55,118 nt of DNA from Rubrivivax sp. (GTDB taxonomy: Bacteria; Pseudomonadota; Gammaproteobacteria; Burkholderiales; Burkholderiaceae_C), in NCBI GenBank assembly GCA_025458805.1, contig JALORQ010000008.1, forward strand, positions 1 to 55,118, written 5' to 3'. This document shows positions 1-9,874 of this stretch, one piece after another. Position numbers and translations under genes: made by a program. Numbering within the stretch: position 1 is the first letter of the stretch; each line of letters begins with the position of its first letter. The notes beneath the pieces were generated by a model, which was not told where the DNA came from, did no database searches, and saw only the letters and a list, made by a program, of their open reading frames with translations.

Positions 1-229
1 GGAGTTCTGAACTGAACGCCCCGGGGCTGGGCCGGTGGCCCGGCCCGCCCCCACGGGGACCCCAGCGAAATGGCGACGCCACGCCTGCTCGAGAGGTCGC
101 TGGCACCCCCTCCTCCGCCGGCGCCGTGCTTCATCACGACGATTTCTTGATCTGCCGGTCCGTCGCCGAGCGGTTCGCCCGAGCAACGGGCATGTCGATA
201 GACACAGCCGCCCCTTGAAGGAGTCACCG

Positions 230-775
230 ATGAGCCACGTCGACCTGGTCGAACCCAATCACACCTCGCCGGATCGCGCGGCCGTCCTGTCGCAGATCCG
301 GCAAGCATTCGGCACCGTGCCCAACATGTTCCGTGCCGTGGCCAACTCGCCGGCTGCGCTCGAGAGCATGTGGGGCTCGTTCGGCGCCCTGGGCGCCGGC
401 ACGCTGCCGGCCAGGCTGGGCGAGCAGATCGCGGTGGCCGTGGCCAACCGCAACCGCTGCGAGTACTGCCTGGCCGCCCACACCGTGCTGGGCCGCAAGG
501 CCGGCGCCACCGCCGAGGAGATGGCCGCCGCGCAGGCCGGCCGCGCGTCGGACGAGAAGACCGCCGAAGCGCTGCGCTTCGCACTCGAGCTGGTGGAGCA
601 GCGCGGCCACGTCGATGCCGCGGACCTGCACCGCCTGCGCGCGGTGGGCTTCACCGACGAAGGCATCGTCGAGATCGTCGCCCACGTGGCGCTGAACCTG
701 TTCACCAACTACGTGAACGTGGCGCTCGACGTGCCGGTCGATTTTCCGAAGGTCGCGCTGCGCCGCGCCGACTGA
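230..775 (+). CDS. Carboxymuconolactone decarboxylase / AhpD-like peroxidase-related protein
   Basis: FGTVPNMFR and EQIAVAVANRNRCEYCLAAH (CxxC..H AhpD core); GAAGGAG RBS before ATG 230. Confidence 0.9.
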   Translation: MSHVDLVEPNHTSPDRAAVLSQIRQAFGTVPNMFRAVANSPAALESMWGSFGALGAGTLPARLGEQIAVAVANRNRCEYCLAAHTVLGRKAGATAEEMAAAQAGRASDEKTAEALRFALELVEQRGHVDAADLHRLRAVGFTDEGIVEIVAHVALNLFTNYVNVALDVPVDFPKVALRRAD

Positions 776-830
776 AGCCGCTCCCGGCGTACGCGCCGGG
801 CCGTGTCACGCCCGCAGACCGGAGCCCGCC

Positions 831-1424
831 ATGTCCGTTCTCGATGACGAACCCCACCCGCTGCTGCCCGAATGGCAGGTCAGCGCGTGGCTGAACACGC
901 CACAGCCGCTCACGCTGAAGGGCCTGCGCGGCAAGGTGGTGCTCCTTCACACCTTCCAGATGCTGTGCCCCGGCTGCGTGGCCTATGGCTTGCCGCAGGC
1001 CGAGCGCGCGCGTCAGCTGTTTCCGGCCTCCGAACTGGCCGTCGTCGGCCTGCACACGGTGTTCGAGCACCACGCAGTGATGAACGTCGCCGCACTGCGG
1101 GCGTTCGTCCACGAGTACCGCTGGAGCTTCCCGATCGGTGTGGACGACCCTGACGGCCAGAGCGGCCCCTCGCTGACGATGGCGCGCTATGGCCTGCGCG
1201 GCACGCCCTCCTGCATCGTGCTGGATCGGCAGGGGCGTGTGCAGTTGCACCACCTCGGCCAGATCGACGATCTGGCACTCGGTGCCCGCCTGGGCCGCCT
1301 GATCGGCAGCCCGACCCTGCCCCGCGACGCTGCGAACCCGCCCCGCATGCGGGCCAGCGAGCCGCACGTTCAGGCACCTGCCTGCACTCCCGAAGAATGC
1401 AGCGTCCAGGGCAACGGCGGATGA
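831..1424 (+). CDS. Redoxin / TlpA-like thioredoxin-fold protein
   Basis: WLNTPQPLTLKGLRGKVVLLHTFQMLCPGC, GLHTVFEHH, GTPS cis-Pro; GGAG RBS. Confidence 0.85.
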   Translation: MSVLDDEPHPLLPEWQVSAWLNTPQPLTLKGLRGKVVLLHTFQMLCPGCVAYGLPQAERARQLFPASELAVVGLHTVFEHHAVMNVAALRAFVHEYRWSFPIGVDDPDGQSGPSLTMARYGLRGTPSCIVLDRQGRVQLHHLGQIDDLALGARLGRLIGSPTLPRDAANPPRMRASEPHVQAPACTPEECSVQGNGG

Positions 1425-1596
1425 AAGTCTGCTGGCGAGGAAGACCGAGGACCGCGGGCTCATCGAGCCGTGGCTCAAGCGCCGCGGCCAGGCAGTGACG
1501 CACCCCCAAGCCAAAGCCACGACTGGCGGCGGCCTGGGTGCGCTCCGGCGAAGGGCTTCGCACCGAACCCCGCGTGGCGTCGCGGAACCCGGAAAC

Positions 1597-1626
1597 GGAA
1601 ACGCCCAACCGATAGAGGTTGGGCGT
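1597..1626 (-). terminator. Intrinsic terminator after tRNA-Phe
   Basis: 10-bp stem ACGCCCAACC/GGTTGGGCGT followed by TTCCGTTTCC on the minus strand. Confidence 0.7.
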
Positions 1627-1633
1627 CGAATGG

Positions 1634-1709
1634 TGGTGGCCTGGGGCGGAATCGAACCACCGACACGCGGATTTTCAATCCGCTGCTCTACCAACTGAGC
1701 TACCAGGCC
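1634..1709 (-). tRNA. trnF: tRNA-Phe (GAA)
   Basis: Reverse complement GGCCTGGTAGCTCAGTTGGTAGAGCAGCGGATTGAAAATCCGCGTGTCGGTGGTTCGATTCCGCCCCAGGCCACCA; 76 nt, GAA anticodon, encoded CCA. Confidence 0.98.
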
Positions 1710-1751
1710 AAACAGCCCATGAGTATATCGGAGGCCACCTGAGGCAGCGGC

Positions 1752-2435
1752 TCAGACGGGACCGCGCTTGGCGCGGCCGAGCTCGACGCCGAGCTGCTTG
1801 AGCTTGCGGTACAGGTGCGTGCGCTCGAGGCCGGTCTTCTCGGCGACGCGGGTCATCGAGCCGCCCTCGCGCGCGAGGTGGAACTCGAAGTAGCTCTTCT
1901 CGAAAGCGTCGCGCGCCTCGCGCAACGGGCGGTCGAGGTCGAAGAGCTGGCTGGCCTCGGGCCCCGGCGGCACGACGGTCGCCGGCACCGCCGTGTCCGC
2001 GCCCGCTGCGCGCAGGCTCCCCACCAGATCGGGCCGTGACCCCCCGATCGCCCCGGGCGCGTGCCGGTCGGCCGGGCGCATCAGCGCCAGCTCGACGGCG
2101 CGCAGCAGCTTCTGCAGCGTGATCGGCTTCTCGAGGAAGGCGCTGGCGCCGAACTTGATGGCCTCGACGGCGGTATCGATCGTGCCGTGGCCGCTCATCA
2201 TCACCACGGGCATCGTCAGCTGGCCGCCGCTGGCCCATTCCTTGAGCAGCGTGACGCCGTCGACGTCGGGCATCCAGATGTCGAGCAGCACGAGGTCGGG
2301 GCGCAAGCGATCGCGCAGCTCGCGGGCCTGCGCGGCGTTCTCCGCGAGCTCGACGGTGTGTCCCTCGTCGCCGAGGATCTCGTACAGCAGGGCGCGGATG
2401 CCGAGCTCGTCGTCCACGACCAGGATGGTTGCCAT
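1752..2435 (-). CDS. ntrX: NtrX-like response regulator (REC + Fis-type HTH, no AAA+ domain)
   Basis: MATILVVDDE, LLDIWMPDVDG, MMSGHG, FLEKP; C-terminal LREARDAFEK..VAEKTGLERTHLYRKLK. Confidence 0.88.
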   Translation of the reverse strand: MATILVVDDELGIRALLYEILGDEGHTVELAENAAQARELRDRLRPDLVLLDIWMPDVDGVTLLKEWASGGQLTMPVVMMSGHGTIDTAVEAIKFGASAFLEKPITLQKLLRAVELALMRPADRHAPGAIGGSRPDLVGSLRAAGADTAVPATVVPPGPEASQLFDLDRPLREARDAFEKSYFEFHLAREGGSMTRVAEKTGLERTHLYRKLKQLGVELGRAKRGPV

Positions 2436-2440
2436 CGGGC

Positions 2441-4744
2441 TCAGTGCACCTGCGTTGCGTCGCCGGTCGCCGGTGCTGGCCCGGCCGATCGCCCCGGCGC
2501 AGCGGCCGCGGGCACCGCCAGTCCGTCGACGATCCTCGAAAATGATAGCGAAACTCGCGCCCCTGAAGGCGGTGCGTCGGGACCGCCGGCACCTGGCAGG
2601 TTCGCCAGACCGACGCGCGCGCCGTGCTCGTCGGCGATCTTGCGCACCACCGCCAGCCCCAACCCGGTGCCCTTGGTCTTCGTCGTCACGTAGGGCTCGA
2701 AGGCACGCTTGAGAACCTTCTCGGCGAAGCCGGGGCCGTTGTCGACCACGGTGAGCCGCACCTCGCGCAGTTCGCCACTCTCGCCGCGCGCCGCGGCGGT
2801 GGTGACCTCGACGCGACCGCCGGGACGGTCGCCGACTGCGTCGAGCGCATTCTGCACGAGGTTGTGAACCACCTGGCGCAGCTGCGTGGCATCGCCCAGG
2901 ATCGGCGGCAGCGCGGCGCCCGCGCGCGACACCAGCCGGCCGCTGTCCAGCGCGTGCCCGTAGAGCGCGAGCACCTCGCCGACCAGCGTGTTGAGGTCCA
3001 GCGGCTTCAGCTCGGCGGCGGGCAGGCGCGCATAGTCGCGGAACTCGTTGACGAGCTTCTGCATCGCCTGCACCTGCGCGACGATGGTCGCGACCGAGCG
3101 CTCGAGCAGCGCCCGCTCGGCCCCCTCGAGCCGGCCGCCGAGCTTGTGCTGCAGCCGCTCGGCGGAGAGCTGGATCGGGGTCAGCGGATTCTTGATCTCG
3201 TGGGCGAGACGCCTCGCCACCTCGGTCCAGGCCGCGGTGCGCTGCGCCGACACGACCTCGGTGATGTCGTCGAAGACGACCAGCCGCGAATCCCCGGTCA
3301 GCAGCGCGCCGCGCACCAGCAGCGTCAGCGTGCCGCCGTCCGCGCGCTGCAGGTCGAAGCTCTCCTGCCAGTGGTCGCGCTCGCCCGCCTCCGGGCTGGT
3401 CACCAGCAGCACGAAGCGCTCCGCAATGCGCTCGGCGAGCGCCTGCAGCTCGGGCTTCTCGGTCAGCCGGTGGCCGCGCCACGACGCCAGCGGCAAGCGC
3501 AGGATGCGCGTCGCGCCGGGGTTGACGACGTCGATGCGGCCTTCGCGGTCGAAGACGATGACGCCGGCGGTCAGCGTGTCGAGGATGGTCTGCAGCCTCG
3601 TGCGCGCGCGGTCGAGCTGCGCCACGCCGCGCTGCACCTGCTCGCGCGCCTCCGCGAGCTGTGCCGTCATGTCGGCGAAGCTGCGCGTGAGGCCGCCTAG
3701 CTCGTCGCCCGAGGCGAAGACCGGCTTGGCCGTCAGGTCCCCGGCGGCCACTTGGCGCACCCCGTCGGCCAGCAGCAACAGCGGCCGCACGAGCTGCTGG
3801 CCGAGCAGGAACGCGAGCAACACCGCGCCGAACACGCCGAGGACCAGCGCGAGCGTCAGCGTGCCGACGTACATGCGCCGGAGGCTCTCGCGTGCCAGCG
3901 CGCGCTGCTGGTAGTCGCTGTAGGCCTGCTGCACGACCAGCGCGTTGGCCGCGAGCGCGGGCGGCAGGGGCTGGACGACGAACAGGTACAGGTCGGCGTC
4001 GGCGCGCAGCGCGACGGCCTCGGCCGGCAGGCGCGCCAGCGCGTGCACCCGGGCGCGGGCCCCGGTGCCGTGATCGTCGTCGAGCCCGGCGATCAGCGTC
4101 GCGCTGCCCGCCGCCGCCGCGCGCTGCCACAGGGCGGGCGCGGGCCGCTCGGGCACCAGCGTCGCGGCGCCTCCGCCGGCGCTGGCCAGGGGCCGGCCCT
4201 CACCGTCGAGAAGAGAGACCTCGCCGGCGCCGATCTGCTCTCGCAGCCGCTCCAGCGCCAGCGGCAGCGCGGCGACGGACACCGCCCCGCCGAGACGCGA
4301 GGCGGCGACGCGCGCCTTCTCGCCGACGTCGCGCTCGAGCACCTGCAGCGTGCCGCGGCCGAGCGCGAGCCCGGCGTCGAGCGCGCCGGCCATGCGCACG
4401 TCGAACCAGGCCTCGATGCTGCGCGTGACGAACTGGAACGACACGGTGTAGATCACCACGCCGGGCAGCATCGCGACGACGACGAAGATCGCGGCGAGCT
4501 TGGCCAGCAGCCGGCTGCCGAACTTGCCACGGCGCAGCCGCACCGCCAGCCGCGCCGCCGCGATGCCGAGCACCAGCAGCAGCAGCAGCGCGACGGCGAC
4601 GTTGAGCCAGAACAGCCAGACGAAGTGGCGCTCGTAGCCCCCCTCGAGCTGGTCGCCCAGCGACAGCAGGAACGCCAGCACCAGGCCGGCACCGGTCAGC
4701 GCCACGAGCGCGACGATCCAGGCCCAGCGGGTCGAGCGCTTCAT
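2441..4744 (-). CDS. ntrY: NtrY-like sensor histidine kinase (HAMP-PAS-HisKA-HATPase)
   Basis: TM helices, KFGSRL, VARRLAHEIKNPLTPIQLSAE, NLVQNA, DNGPG, GTGLGL; rsmB-DUF4390-ntrYX synteny. Confidence 0.9.
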   Translation of the reverse strand: MKRSTRWAWIVALVALTGAGLVLAFLLSLGDQLEGGYERHFVWLFWLNVAVALLLLLVLGIAAARLAVRLRRGKFGSRLLAKLAAIFVVVAMLPGVVIYTVSFQFVTRSIEAWFDVRMAGALDAGLALGRGTLQVLERDVGEKARVAASRLGGAVSVAALPLALERLREQIGAGEVSLLDGEGRPLASAGGGAATLVPERPAPALWQRAAAAGSATLIAGLDDDHGTGARARVHALARLPAEAVALRADADLYLFVVQPLPPALAANALVVQQAYSDYQQRALARESLRRMYVGTLTLALVLGVFGAVLLAFLLGQQLVRPLLLLADGVRQVAAGDLTAKPVFASGDELGGLTRSFADMTAQLAEAREQVQRGVAQLDRARTRLQTILDTLTAGVIVFDREGRIDVVNPGATRILRLPLASWRGHRLTEKPELQALAERIAERFVLLVTSPEAGERDHWQESFDLQRADGGTLTLLVRGALLTGDSRLVVFDDITEVVSAQRTAAWTEVARRLAHEIKNPLTPIQLSAERLQHKLGGRLEGAERALLERSVATIVAQVQAMQKLVNEFRDYARLPAAELKPLDLNTLVGEVLALYGHALDSGRLVSRAGAALPPILGDATQLRQVVHNLVQNALDAVGDRPGGRVEVTTAAARGESGELREVRLTVVDNGPGFAEKVLKRAFEPYVTTKTKGTGLGLAVVRKIADEHGARVGLANLPGAGGPDAPPSGARVSLSFSRIVDGLAVPAAAAPGRSAGPAPATGDATQVH

Positions 4745-4751
4745 GGCGTCG

Positions 4752-5318
4752 TCAGTCCAGCTCGACGGTGCGCTCGACACCGAAGGCCCAGTCGCCCTGC
4801 CCGCCGAGCCCGATGCGCATCGGCCCGGGAAGCTCCTCGGCATCCAGGCGCCAACTGAACTCGACGTAGTGCCGCTCGTCGGCGTCGAGCTGCGCCGCGT
4901 CGGCGATGCGCCACTGCGTGGCGCGAGCCACCGACGCCAGCGCCTCGGCCAGCGTCTCGTGATTCTGCGTGAGCCCGCCGACCGGCCCGACGCGCCAGGT
5001 GGCCGTGAGCGGCTGGAACGCCACGCGCCAGTTGCGCGTGGCGCGCGCAACGCGCGAATCGCGCCAATACCATCGGCTGCGGTAGAGGTCCGCGCGCACC
5101 GCGAAGAACACGGGCACGCCCTTGGACAGCGCGTCCTCGACCGTCGGCGGCAGCCGCACGCGGACGTCGTATTCGAGCAGCACCGCGTCGTCGCGGCGCA
5201 AGGCCTTCAGCGTCACCAGCTCGATCGACTGCGCCAGCGCCAGCGCCGCGAGCAGCCACGCGGCCACCATCCCGAGCCCCAGGCCCAGCGTGCGGCGGCG
5301 GACCGGCGGCGGGTGCAT
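4752..5318 (-). CDS. DUF4390 domain protein
   Basis: Signal peptide, VEDALSKGVP, RSRWYW, FQPLT, LPGPMRIG; lies between rsmB and ntrY. Confidence 0.85.
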   Translation of the reverse strand: MHPPPVRRRTLGLGLGMVAAWLLAALALAQSIELVTLKALRRDDAVLLEYDVRVRLPPTVEDALSKGVPVFFAVRADLYRSRWYWRDSRVARATRNWRVAFQPLTATWRVGPVGGLTQNHETLAEALASVARATQWRIADAAQLDADERHYVEFSWRLDAEELPGPMRIGLGGQGDWAFGVERTVELD

Positions 5319-5334
5319 GAACGTGCGTGTCGGC

Positions 5335-6702
5335 TCAGGTCTTGCGCAGGAGCGCGTAGAAGAAACCGTCTTCGGGCGGCGCGCCCGACGAGCGTCCATT
5401 GTCGGCCAGCGGCAACAGATGCCCGGGCGACGCAGGATCGAGCGACACACCGCGAGCGGCGTGGCGTTGCAAAAACGCCTCGATGCGGTCGGCCCCCTCG
5501 GCGCGGAAGACCGAGCAGGTGGCGTAGAGCAGACGGCCCCCGGGGGCGACCAGCGGCCACAGCGCCTCGAGCAGCTCGCCCTGGACGCGCGACAGCGCCA
5601 CCACGTCGTCGGGTCGGCGCAGCCAGCGCACGTCGGGATGCCGGCGCACGATGCCCGACGCCGTGCAAGGCGCGTCGAGCAGCACCGCGTCGAACGGCCT
5701 GCCGTCCCACCAGCGCGCGGGGTCGCGCGCGTCGGCGCACTTCAGGTCGGCCCGCAGGTGCAGCCGCTGCAGCGTCTCCTGCACGCGCAGCAGGCGCTGC
5801 GGATCGCTGTCGAGCGCGAGCAGGTCCAGGTCGGCGCGCTCGAGCAGCTGCGCGGTCTTGCCGCCGGGCGCGGCGCAGGCGTCGAGCACCCGCGCCCCCG
5901 CGCGCAGGGGCGGCCGCGTCGGCCCGGCGTCGCCGGACGCGCCTGATGAAGGCACGTCGCCGAGCAGCAGGGCGGCCGCGCGCTGCGCGGCCGCGTCCTG
6001 CACCGAGACATCGCCTTCCGCGAAGCCGGGAAGCTCGCCGACGGGGCAGGGGTCGGCCAGAACGAGGGCCTGCCCGGCGAAGACGGGGTCCTCGAGCCGA
6101 AGCGCGGCGCGACCGCTCGCAGCCAGGCGCTGCTGGTACGCCGCGCCGCTGCAGCGCCTGGCGTTCACGCGCAGCGTCATCGGCGGATGGCGCTGCGACG
6201 TCTCCAGGATCGCCTGCCATTGGCGCGGCCAGTCCTGCTTCACGCGCTCGATCCACCACAGCGGGTGGTTGAACGCGGCGAGCGGTGCGTGCCGCGCCGC
6301 CGCGACCTGGGCCTCGCGTTCGCGCGTGAAGCGGCGCAGCACGGCATTGACGAAGCCGGCGGCCGCCGGGGCCCGGTCGCGCGCCGCGGCGACCGCCTGA
6401 TCGACCAGAGTGTGTTCGGCATAGGGCGCGCGGTCGTCGCCCGGCCACATCAGCGCGAGCGCGCTCAGCAGCAGCGCGTCGACGACCGGCGGTGGCGTCT
6501 TCGGCGCCAGGGCCTGGCGCACGACCAGAGCAGCGCCGAGCGCGCGCAGAACCCGGAAGGCGAGCGCCTGGGTGCCGGGCCGCAGCTCGGCGGGCACACG
6601 CGCCAGCGCGTCGGTCAGCGAGCGGCCGGCGCGCACGGCGGCCACCGCGTCGGCGGTGGACAGCAGCAGGCGCGACAGCGGCGGCGACGGGGCGGTCCTC
6701 AC
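5335..6702 (-). CDS. rsmB: 16S rRNA m5C967 methyltransferase RsmB
   Basis: [53 protein letters not shown]; GTG start approximate. Confidence 0.95.
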   Translation of the reverse strand: MRTAPSPPLSRLLLSTADAVAAVRAGRSLTDALARVPAELRPGTQALAFRVLRALGAALVVRQALAPKTPPPVVDALLLSALALMWPGDDRAPYAEHTLVDQAVAAARDRAPAAAGFVNAVLRRFTREREAQVAAARHAPLAAFNHPLWWIERVKQDWPRQWQAILETSQRHPPMTLRVNARRCSGAAYQQRLAASGRAALRLEDPVFAGQALVLADPCPVGELPGFAEGDVSVQDAAAQRAAALLLGDVPSSGASGDAGPTRPPLRAGARVLDACAAPGGKTAQLLERADLDLLALDSDPQRLLRVQETLQRLHLRADLKCADARDPARWWDGRPFDAVLLDAPCTASGIVRRHPDVRWLRRPDDVVALSRVQGELLEALWPLVAPGGRLLYATCSVFRAEGADRIEAFLQRHAARGVSLDPASPGHLLPLADNGRSSGAPPEDGFFYALLRKT

Positions 6703-6761
6703 CGGCCGATCGTAGCGAGGCGATGCCGCGCGGGTGGCGTCGATTTGGGACAATCCGGGCC

Positions 6762-8042
6762 ATGGATGCGCCCGACATCGACGCCTACATGGCCCACCTG
6801 GGGGCTGCCGCGCGCGCCGCGGCCACGCACATGGCCGCAGCGCCCGTCGCCGCGAGGGACGCGGCATTGCGCGCGCTGGCGCGCCGGCTGCGCGCCGGCG
6901 GCGACGTGCTGGCGCTGGCCAACGCCCAGGATCTGGCGGACGCCGCGGCGGCCGGTCTCGCCGGTCCGCTGGCCGACCGCCTGCGCCTGACGCCGCAGGG
7001 GATCGAGACCGTGGCCGAGGGCTGCGAGCAGATCGCCGCGATGCCGGACCCGGTAGGGGAGATCATCGACGTGCGACGCCGGCCGAGCGGCATCGCGGTC
7101 GGCCGCATGCGCGTTCCGCTGGGCGTGTTCGGGATGATCTACGAGAGCCGGCCCAACGTGACGATCGAGGCGGCGTCGCTCGCGATCAAGAGCGGCAACG
7201 CCTGCATACTGCGCGGGGGCTCCGAGGCGCTGCAGAGCAACCTCGCGCTGTGGCGCTGCGTGCAGGCGGCCCTCGGCGAGGCCGGGTTGCCACCCGAGGC
7301 CGTGCAGCTCGTCGAGACCACCGACCGTGCGGCCGTGGGCCGGCTGATCGCGATGCCGGAGTCGGTCGACGTGATCATCCCGCGCGGAGGCAAGGGGCTG
7401 ATCGAGCGCATCGCCGCCGAGGCGCGCGTGCCGGTGATCAAGCACCTCGACGGCAACTGCCATGTCTACGTCGACGCCGAGGTCGACCTCGACCTGGCGG
7501 TGCGCGTGACCGACAACGCCAAGACGCAGAAGTACAGCCCCTGCAACGCGGCCGAGAGCCTGCTCGTGCACGAGCGCCAGGCCCGTGCCTTCCTGCCCCG
7601 CATCGGCGCAGTCTTCGCGGCCAAGGGCGTCGAGATGCGCTGCTGCGCGGCGAGCCGCGCGATCCTGCAGGCGGTGCCGGGACTGCGACTCGCCGACGCC
7701 ACCGAGCGCGACTGGGCCGAGGAGTACCTCGCCCCGGTCATCAGCGTCAAGGTCGTCGCGAGCCTCGACGAGGCGATCGCGCACGTCAATCGCTGGGGAT
7801 CGCATCACACCGATGCCATCCTGACGACGAACCACCCGAACGCGATGCGCTTCCTGCGCGAGGTCGATTCGGCCAGCGTGATGGTCAACGCCAGCACCCG
7901 CTTCGCCGACGGCTTCGAGTACGGGCTGGGCGCCGAGATCGGCATCTCGACCGACAAGTTCCATGCGCGCGGTCCGGTCGGGCTGGAGGGGCTGACCTCG
8001 CTCAAGTGGATCGTGCTCGGCCAGGGCGAGGTCCGGCACTGA
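6762..8042 (+). CDS. proA: Gamma-glutamyl phosphate reductase
   Basis: [53 protein letters not shown]. Confidence 0.97.
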   Translation: MDAPDIDAYMAHLGAAARAAATHMAAAPVAARDAALRALARRLRAGGDVLALANAQDLADAAAAGLAGPLADRLRLTPQGIETVAEGCEQIAAMPDPVGEIIDVRRRPSGIAVGRMRVPLGVFGMIYESRPNVTIEAASLAIKSGNACILRGGSEALQSNLALWRCVQAALGEAGLPPEAVQLVETTDRAAVGRLIAMPESVDVIIPRGGKGLIERIAAEARVPVIKHLDGNCHVYVDAEVDLDLAVRVTDNAKTQKYSPCNAAESLLVHERQARAFLPRIGAVFAAKGVEMRCCAASRAILQAVPGLRLADATERDWAEEYLAPVISVKVVASLDEAIAHVNRWGSHHTDAILTTNHPNAMRFLREVDSASVMVNASTRFADGFEYGLGAEIGISTDKFHARGPVGLEGLTSLKWIVLGQGEVRH

Positions 8043-8067
8043 CCGGGCCGTCCCCGGAGACACGCCG

Positions 8068-8613
8068 ATGTCGGCCGCCCAGGTCGCGGTGCTGGTCGCC
8101 GCGCTCGTGCTCGTGTCGTGGATGGTCGGCGCCTACAACCGGCTGGTCGCGCTGCGCAGCGCGATAGGCGCGGCGCTGGCGGAGGTCGTCGAGCTGCAGC
8201 GTCGCCGCGGCGAGGCGCTGCAGCAGCTGGGCGCCGCGCTGCGCGCGCCGCTGGCCGCCGAACACGGCACGCTCGAGGCTCTCGCCGCCGCCGAGGCGCA
8301 GCGCAAGCGCGCCGCCGCGGCTCTGCAGCAGCGCCCGGTCGCCGCACCGCTCGCGGCCGCGCTCGCCGGCGCCGAGGCCGCGCTCGCGGCGCAGACCGCC
8401 CGGCTGCTGGCGCTGATCGAGCAGCACCCGTCGCTGGCCGCGGACGACGCCGTGGCGCCGCCGATGCGGGCGCTGCGCGACGCCGAGCAGCGACTGCCGT
8501 TCGCGCGCCGCATGTACAACGACGCCGCGAATGCCTACGACGAGGCAGCGCGCCAGTGGCCGACGAGCTGGCTGGCGCGCCTGTACGGCTTCGGCGCGGC
8601 GGGCCGGCTCTGA
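8068..8613 (+). CDS. lemA: LemA family protein
   Basis: N-terminal TM then YNRLVALR; ARRMYNDAANAYDEAARQWPTSWLARLYGF. Confidence 0.85.
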   Translation: MSAAQVAVLVAALVLVSWMVGAYNRLVALRSAIGAALAEVVELQRRRGEALQQLGAALRAPLAAEHGTLEALAAAEAQRKRAAAALQQRPVAAPLAAALAGAEAALAAQTARLLALIEQHPSLAADDAVAPPMRALRDAEQRLPFARRMYNDAANAYDEAARQWPTSWLARLYGFGAAGRL

Positions 8614-8630
8614 GTCGGCCGCCGCCGTCT

Positions 8631-9026
8631 TCAGCCGCGCCCGGGGTGCGGGGCCAGCCGGTCGGTGTCCGCGATCTCGGTCTGCGGGTCCATCTCCAGC
8701 GCGATCTGCGTGCACACCGCCCGGCAAAGCGATGCGGCGCGCTCGCTGCCGATGCGGTAGTAGATCTGCGTCGCGTCACGTCGCCGCGAAAGCACGCCGG
8801 CCCGGTACAACGTCGCCAGGTGCTGGCTCATGTTGGGCTGCGTCGTGTCGATCTCCGCAAGCAGCTGGGAGACGTTCTTCTCGGTGCCGCACAGCGCGCT
8901 GATGATGCGCAGACGGATCGGCGTCGACAGCAGCCGGAAGAGCTCGGCCGCCGACTGGAACACCTCGGCCGACTCGTCGTCGGCGGGCGCCGCCGGCGCT
9001 GCCGCATCGACGGAGGAAGGGATCAT
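8631..9026 (-). CDS. ArsR/SmtB family regulator (SoxR/BigR/SqrR-like)
   Basis: FRLLSTPIRLRIISALC, QPNMSQHLATL, QIYYR; Cys in helix 2 and CRAVC near the C-terminus; sox context. Confidence 0.88.
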   Translation of the reverse strand: MIPSSVDAAAPAAPADDESAEVFQSAAELFRLLSTPIRLRIISALCGTEKNVSQLLAEIDTTQPNMSQHLATLYRAGVLSRRRDATQIYYRIGSERAASLCRAVCTQIALEMDPQTEIADTDRLAPHPGRG

Positions 9027-9051
9027 CGGTGCTGCTCCCCGGAGGCTGTCG

Positions 9052-9393
9052 TCACTTGGCCGGCGCGGCCGGGAAGCGGTAGTGGTCGCGCTGCAGCACG
9101 CCGGCGACGGACGTCACCTCCTCGGGGAACAGCCCGAGGTTCAGTTCGGTGCTGCAGTAGTCGACCATGCCGCGCAGCAGCCCGGGGGTGTTGATGCGGC
9201 CGGCCGGCCGGTAGATCGCGCTGCCATCGCCGCCGACCTTGCGCGCGTGGCACGCGGCGCACTGGTGCTCGCGCATCAGCCGCTCGCCGAGCGCCAGATC
9301 GGCATCGGGCCAGCTGTGCAGCGGCATCTGCGCGACGGCATGGGTCGCGGCCGCGACGGCGATCGACACGGCAGCCAGGGTGCGCAAGAGCAT
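9052..9393 (-). CDS. Small monoheme cytochrome c, green-heme-protein-like (probable His/Cys ligation)
   Basis: Signal peptide, CAACH, distal MVDYCSTELNLGLFPEEV..HYRF. Confidence 0.75.
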   Translation of the reverse strand: MLLRTLAAVSIAVAAATHAVAQMPLHSWPDADLALGERLMREHQCAACHARKVGGDGSAIYRPAGRINTPGLLRGMVDYCSTELNLGLFPEEVTSVAGVLQRDHYRFPAAPAK

Positions 9394-9403
9394 GGTCGGT
9401 TCC

Positions 9404-9874
9404 TCAGGCCAGCCGCTCGAGCTCGAGCACGTCGGCCTCGAACATCTCGCCGGGAATCACCTGAACCAGCCGCCCCTGGCGGTCCACGGTCACGGTGAGC
9501 GGCATCAGGTTGCGGGTCGACAGCACGGCCGCGAGCGGAGCGTGGTCGAGCGTGATCGGAAAAGTGTAGCCCTGCCGGGCCGCGTAGTGCGCGACCAGCG
9601 CGGGATCGCGCTCGCGGGCAATGCCGAGCACGAAGAGACGGTCGCCGGCCTCCCGGTGCAGGCGCTCGACGTGCCGGTTGTGGCGGCGGCAGAAGGCACA
9701 TGTCGTCGACCAGAACACCGCGACGACGGCGCGTCCGGCGAAGTCGGCGCTGCCGACCCTTCGGCCGTCGAGCAGTCGCACGGTCGGCCAACCCACCGCG
9801 GCCCGCGGATCGCCGGCCGCGGCGGCACCGACCCAGCCCGCGGCGGCGCCGAGCACCAGGTCGCGGCGCTTCAT
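9404..9874 (-). CDS. TlpA-family thioredoxin, Tat-like signal
   Basis: MKRRDLV signal; FWSTTCAFC; MPLTVTVDRQG; overlaps the upstream stop (ATGA). Confidence 0.85.
   Translation of the reverse strand: MKRRDLVLGAAAGWVGAAAAGDPRAAVGWPTVRLLDGRRVGSADFAGRAVVAVFWSTTCAFCRRHNRHVERLHREAGDRLFVLGIARERDPALVAHYAARQGYTFPITLDHAPLAAVLSTRNLMPLTVTVDRQGRLVQVIPGEMFEADVLELERLA

Noticed and set aside
1631-1639. CCACCACCA at the tRNA-Phe 3' end, and the tRNA as an integration site
   Set aside because: The first CCA is acceptor stem plus discriminator and the extra CCA is likely chance. No integrase or att duplication is visible in the window.
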